Source of the DNA: Octopus vulgaris
Taxonomy: Eukaryota
DNA length: 64,000 bases
Direction of reading: 5' to 3'
NCBI GenBank assembly: GCA_951406725.2
Contig: OX597836.1
Coordinates: 8,432,001-8,496,000, forward strand
The translations under genes and the position numbers were made by a program. This document shows, piece after piece, positions 57,845-64,000 of this stretch. The notes beneath the pieces were generated by a model that saw only the letters and a list, made by a program, of their open reading frames with translations, made no database searches and was not told the DNA's origin. Each line of letters begins with the position of its first letter. Within the stretch, counting starts at the first letter, position 1.

Positions 57845-58403
57845 AAATTAGAGATAAAACCACTATTATGCAACTCAAACAGTGATAGACATAAACCAAT
57901 ACAAAAATAACAAATAATAAATATTTTTATAAATAACTAATAACTAGATCTCAAAAAGTATGAAATGAATGATAAATATATAATATGATAAGTAAAAACA
58001 CTACGTACGTTTCATGGCTACAATTAAATTCGAATTACAATTAAGTTTGAATTCAATTGAAATATATTCGATTCAAAATTATAGTCAATCTTCAGGTTAA
58101 TGATAATAGTTAAATAAATAAGCAAAGAGAGTTAAACAATATTTATTTAAGAAGTAAATAAAATAATAATTTTTCTTATAGAAAAACTCCTTATTTAAAC
58201 TGAAATGTAATTCGAATTTAATTGCAGCCATGAAACGTACGTAGTGTTTTTACTTATTATATTATATATTTATCATTCATTTTATACTTTTTGAGATATA
58301 GTTATTAGTTATATGTTTTATAAAAATATATATTATTTGTTATTTATGTATTGGTTTATGTCTATCACTGTTTGAGTTGCATAATAGTGGTTTTATCTCG
58401 AAT
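57845..58403. mobile_element. Long AT-rich inverted repeat of PLE-like termini; HHR motif at 57997-58099 (-)
   Basis: ~200-bp arms; termini gagataaaaccactatt resemble the 51115 palindrome; CUGAAGA...GAAAC-GUAC-GU-A. Confidence 0.7.
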
Positions 58404-58659
58404 TCATATAGGTTAATTTATGGGAAATAAATGCGAATTACGAAGCATACACAGACTTCGTTCGGTCGGTCATTGTGTCGACTGTTTACCAGACAAGCGG
58501 AACGGAACAACCTTTTGAGTATCTCTGTAATTCATCTTTATATCAAGCACATAGACACACCCCGTATGTACATATACATATATATATATATGTAGATATA
58601 TAGTTATATGAGTAACTGTGAGTGTACATATGTAGAACTTTATAGATATATATTTCATA

Positions 58660-58737
<78 letters not shown>

Positions 58738-58866
58738 GTCTGTCTGTCTATATTTATATTCGTACCTGCCCATAAGCTAATATGTTCGTCACACAAAAAC
58801 AAAAGTACGTAATGCAACCTTGTAACAAAGTATGTATGTGAACAGTGGAAACGTATATACCCCCCC

Positions 58867-58921
<55 letters not shown>

Positions 58922-58923
58922 GA

Positions 58924-58966
<43 letters not shown>

Positions 58967-59070
58967 TAATCAAGATTAAAAAGTCTATTCTAATCTGCTG
59001 ATGACTACAAAGAACCAGCCGATTTGACTGCGCGGTAATTTTAAGTAGAGGTTGGGAAAAAACCTGTCTA

Positions 59071-59134
<64 letters not shown>

Positions 59135-59325
59135 ACATACACACACACAGAGATGCACACGCACTCGCTTGACTAAAACACAGATATTTATATACGTGTG
59201 TGTATGAATATATATATATTATAGTTATACCCAAATGTATAGATATGTATATATATGCATATATACATACATTTATATTCATATTTATATAGATAGATGC
59301 ATACATACATACATACTTACATATA

Positions 59326-59364
<39 letters not shown>

Positions 59365-59604
59365 TTATATGCGTATAGTTTTATATGCGTATAGTTTTAT
59401 ATGCGTATAGTTTTATATGTGCATGTATACACTAACATGTTTGGTTGCGTATGTAGATAGGAGGTTAGCTTGAGAAGTTCTGAGAGAAGGCGAAAGAGAG
59501 AGAGAGAAAGGGAGAGGAAGGGAAAGAGGAGAGGAGAGAGGGCGAGACAGCTAATGTAATGAGGTAGGTTGTATTTTTTTTTCAAAATCACAGGTTACAG
59601 CAGC

Positions 59605-59654
<50 letters not shown>

Positions 59655-60114
59655 TAATAATAATAATAATAATAATGATAATAATAATAATAATAATAAT
59701 AATTTCGACGATGATAGTAGTGGTGTTGGTGGTGTTGTTGATGCTAGTGCTAGTGGTGGTGGTGATGATGATGATGATGATGAGGATGAGGAGGATGAGG
59801 AAGAGGAGGAAGATGATGATGACAAGGACAACGATGATGGTGATTATGATGATGATGATGATGGTGTGTCGATGACGTCGACGGCGAAATGTTTGTTGCA
59901 GAGGCATAACATGTCATGCAAAATATTCCAATATGTCATTTAAAAAAAACCGTTTATTGCACAACATGTGAAGACGTAAAGGTTTCTTTTTTTTCTGTGG
60001 CAAGGTGAATAATCTTGTTAAATAAACACATCTCCCATCTTTAAAAAAGTTAGGAAGCACGACCTAGGAGATATTAAGGTTTATTTGAGAAAGCATTTAC
60101 AGGATGACCTCCCC

Positions 60115-60190
<76 letters not shown>

Positions 60191-60274
60191 ATACAACAGC
60201 AGCAGCAACAACAACGGAACCCATAAATCATTGATCAAAACTTGTTAATTTTAATTTTTCTTCTTTTCTTTTTC

Positions 60275-60990
60275 AGGGTATACAAGCCGACTGTGTGCAT
60301 GAAAGATTGGAACAATAGTCTGCCCCCAACATGTCTTGGTCAAACAAAGAAAATACATTTTGCCTGGAGGCCTATTTCGCCAACAAACCATACACTGACG
60401 AAGCGCACGTTTTGCTTTCAGGACGTGTAAACAACAAAAACACATCCGCAACGGAGGAAGTGTTTCAGAGGTCGTTGCACTCATCAAAGTAGACATCATG
60501 GGCAGCAATCTCTAAACATGGCATTATCGGCCCTTATTGGTTCGAAGACGAAAATGAGAGAGCGCAAACGGTGAATAGGGAGCGCTATGTTTCAGTAGTG
60601 AGGAAGTTTTGGGCATCACTCGGACGACGCAGAAGGGTATATCGAGATGAACAATGGTTCCAGCAAGACGGGGTCACCGCCACACATCAAATGACTCCCT
60701 AGCCTGGCTGAGAGAGCGATTTCAGGAGAGACGGATCAGTTGGGTGGGCACCGCATTCACCGGACTTGAACACCTATCGCCAAATTTTTATCTGTGGAAG
60801 TTTCTGAAGGATAATGTTTACTGAAACAATCCCTCAAACGATTGGTGAACTGAAGGCAGCAATCACAGCAGGAATCAGGGAAATCCCCAAAGAGAAATGT
60901 GTTGGAGGATTTGACAATTTTTGCGCCACGTATGCATGTGTGCCTCTAACGCCGCGGAGGCCATTTGGAACATATTTTGAAAAGAACATG
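60275..60990 (+). pseudogene. Decayed Tc1/mariner-superfamily (rosa/DD41D-like) transposase
   Basis: TDEAH...WAAISKHGIIGPYWFED...TVNRERY...WFQQDG...WAPHSPDLN...FYLWKFLKDNVY. Confidence 0.85.
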
Positions 60991-61021
60991 ACTTTTATGC
61001 AAAGGGAATGATCGTGCACAG

Positions 61022-61085
<64 letters not shown>

Positions 61086-61284
61086 TTATTATTATTATCA
61101 TTATTATTATTATTACTCGAATTTAAATCCCGCCGCGGTCAACTTCTTGCACATCCCTCCGCGGGTCGATAAGGTGCAGTACCAGTCATGTACTGAGGTC
61201 GATGATAGCGACTAAACACCTCCTCTCAAAACTATTGGCCTTCTGCCTATATAGTAGGAAGAAAAAACCAAAAACAACAAAACA

Positions 61285-61338
<54 letters not shown>

Positions 61339-61844
61339 ACTACAACAACAACAACAACAACTACTACTACTACCACCACCACCACCACCACCACCGCCGC
61401 CTCCTCCCTTCATTATTATCAATTTTCCAGCCAAAGCTCTCCTAACGATCCCGGTCCTAATCTAATTCTTCGCGATGCTCGTTCCTATCCAAATTCTTGA
61501 TTCCTAGCATACTCTCTCAAATTTTGGCTACTATTATTGTTGCTATTGTTGTTGTTGTTGTTATTGGTATTGTTGCTAGAACTGTTGTTGTTTTTGTTGT
61601 TGCTGTTCGCCTGTGGCGCATTTCCGGTGACGTCATCGCCCGAGAAGAAATCTTTTTTTTATTTTCTTCTGTTTCATATCGCTGTTGTTATTGTTCCTCT
61701 ACTATTTATCGCTATTAATGTTATTATTATTATTATTATTACTACTACTTATTATTATTGATGTTGTTGTTGTTGTTCCTTTGTTTTGTTTTTCTTTTAG
61801 TCTATTACACTTCATTGCTGGATTCTATAGAATCCATCGGCTGC

Positions 61845-61901
<57 letters not shown>

Positions 61902-62050
61902 GTACTTGAAGTATTCATATATGTAACTGTATGTGGATACGTATGGATATGTACTTATATATATATACACACATATATATATATATACATGTATGTACGT
62001 ATGTATATGTATACACACAAACATGTATAGTTACTTCTCTATATACATAT

Positions 62051-62103
<53 letters not shown>

Positions 62104-62125
62104 TACATATATATATATACATATA

Positions 62126-62170
<45 letters not shown>

Positions 62171-62506
62171 TTGTATATGTATGCACGTTCGTATGCAAAT
62201 GTGAGCGAACCCCACCACACACACATCACACATCTATATTATATATATGTATATTGTCTTTATGTATATATGCATATGCACACACATACATAGACACATA
62301 CATACATACATACATACATACATACATACATACATACATACATACATACATACATACACGCATATATAAATGAAGAGACAGAGAGAGGGAGACAGACAAT
62401 CCGATAGATAGATCCATCAATCCATCCATTAATCCACCCATCCATGCATACATACATACATACACATACATAACATGCTCACATATCCACTTATATCCCA
62501 GTCCGC

Positions 62507-62590
<84 letters not shown>

Positions 62591-62859
62591 GCACACACAC
62601 TCGCACATGTACACAGACAAATAGAGCATGTTACATTTAGACACGAGTCTACTCGATATAAAATACCGACGAGAGACAAAAATCCAATGTTTGTTTTCCG
62701 TAACGGAGAGACTGCGCCATATCACAATTTATCACTCTGGGGTCAGTTGGCTCCGTTGCCAGCCATGCCACACACAATCGATTGCTACTCACTCCATATT
62801 CCTAAACAGCAGCATGTTAGAATATGCAGTTATTGACATAAATTTACTCTAATGCACTT

Positions 62860-62907
<48 letters not shown>

Positions 62908-62985
62908 ATTAGAGTACTTATATATATATATACATATATATATGTGTGTGTGTGTTTGTGTGTTTGTGTGTGTGTGTTTGTGTGT

Positions 62986-63303
62986 GTGAAGGCGCATGGC
63001 TCAGTGGTTAGAGCGTCGAGCTTACGATCGTGAGGTTGTGAGTTCGAATCCGGGACCGGGCTGCGTGTTGTGTTCTTGAGCAAGACACTTTACTTTCACG
63101 TGGCTCCAGTTCACTAAGCCCGACATCACTGGTGCCAAGGTGTATTAGTCTTTGCCTTACCTTTGGATAGCATCATTGGTGTGGGGAGGGGAGGCCGCTA
63201 TGCATGGGCGACTGCTGGTCTTCCATAAACAACAACTTTGCCCAGACTTGTGCCTGGGAGGGTAACTTTCTAGTTGCAATCCCTTGGTCAGTCATGACCG
63301 AAC
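62986..63303 (+). mobile_element. tRNA-derived SINE
   Basis: A-box tggctcagtgg, B-box gagttcgaatcc, body ttgtgttcttgagcaagacactt. Confidence 0.85.
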
Positions 63304-63349
63304 ATATATATATGTGCATATATATATATATATATATATGCATATACAT

Positions 63350-63765
63350 AGGCGTAGGAGTGGGTATGTGGTAAGTAGCTTGCTTACCAACCACATGGTC
63401 CGGGTTTAGTCCCACTGCGTGGCACCTTGGACAAGTATCTTCTACTATAGCCTCGGGCCGACCAAAGCTTTGTGAGTGGATTTGGTAGACGTAAACTGAA
63501 AGAAGCCTGTCGCATATATGTATATATATGTGTGTCTGTGTGTGAGTGTGTATAAGTTTGTGTGTCTGTGTTTATTCCCCCAACATCGCTTGACAACCGA
63601 TGCTGGTGCGTTTACGTCCCCGTAACTTAGCGGTTCGGCAAAAAATAGACCGATAGAATAAGTACTAGGCTTACAAAGAATAAGAACTTGGGTCGTTTTG
63701 CTCGACTAAAGGCGGTGCTCCAGCATGGCCACAGTCAAATGACCGAAACAAGTAAAAAAGTAAAG
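63350..63765 (+). mobile_element. SINE family 1
   Basis: Full length. Confidence 0.9.
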
Positions 63766-64000
63766 AGTGTATATAAGTACATACATAGAAACTCGTATAC
63801 ACACTGTACACCGATACAATATTTCGTTGTAACTATTGGTTTCGAGATTATATTTATATTATATTTATATTATATTAATGTAACTTTCATTCTTCCCAGA
63901 TTATTCCTTTGGAAATAAAATAATCTCCTCACCACGTGATGTATTGTTATTTTTGCAGTTAGTGTTGTTGTGTTTCTTGTTGTTATCCTTCTTATTGATT

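Noticed and set aside
62989-63062. tRNA gene
   Set aside because: A/B boxes are present but there is no proper acceptor stem, and it continues into a SINE body; the same holds for the other tRNA-like heads.

Overview
AT-rich, microsatellite-saturated eukaryotic DNA. The repeat landscape suggests a coleoid cephalopod, most likely Octopus (inference). Only one host coding exon is supported: the first coding exon of a claudin/PMP22-superfamily membrane protein (minus strand, 33581-34076, GT donor). Its downstream exons were not found. The rest is simple repeats, three tRNA-derived SINE families, a ~550-bp (TAA)n-targeted element, fossil LINEs (R4/Dong, RTE, CR1), Tc1/mariner and hAT remnants/MITEs, and non-autonomous Helitrons. 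The main hidden signal is about 19 type-I hammerhead ribozyme (HHR)-like motifs in short microsatellite-embedded elements, often in inverted pairs, as expected of Penelope-like (PLE) pLTRs or retrozymes. They include U3-A8 and CUGUCGA core variants and one copy downstream of a tRNA-like Pol III head. Two further element families carry multiply pseudoknotted RNA-like pairings of unknown class. All coordinates and pairings were read by eye; element boundaries are approximate.
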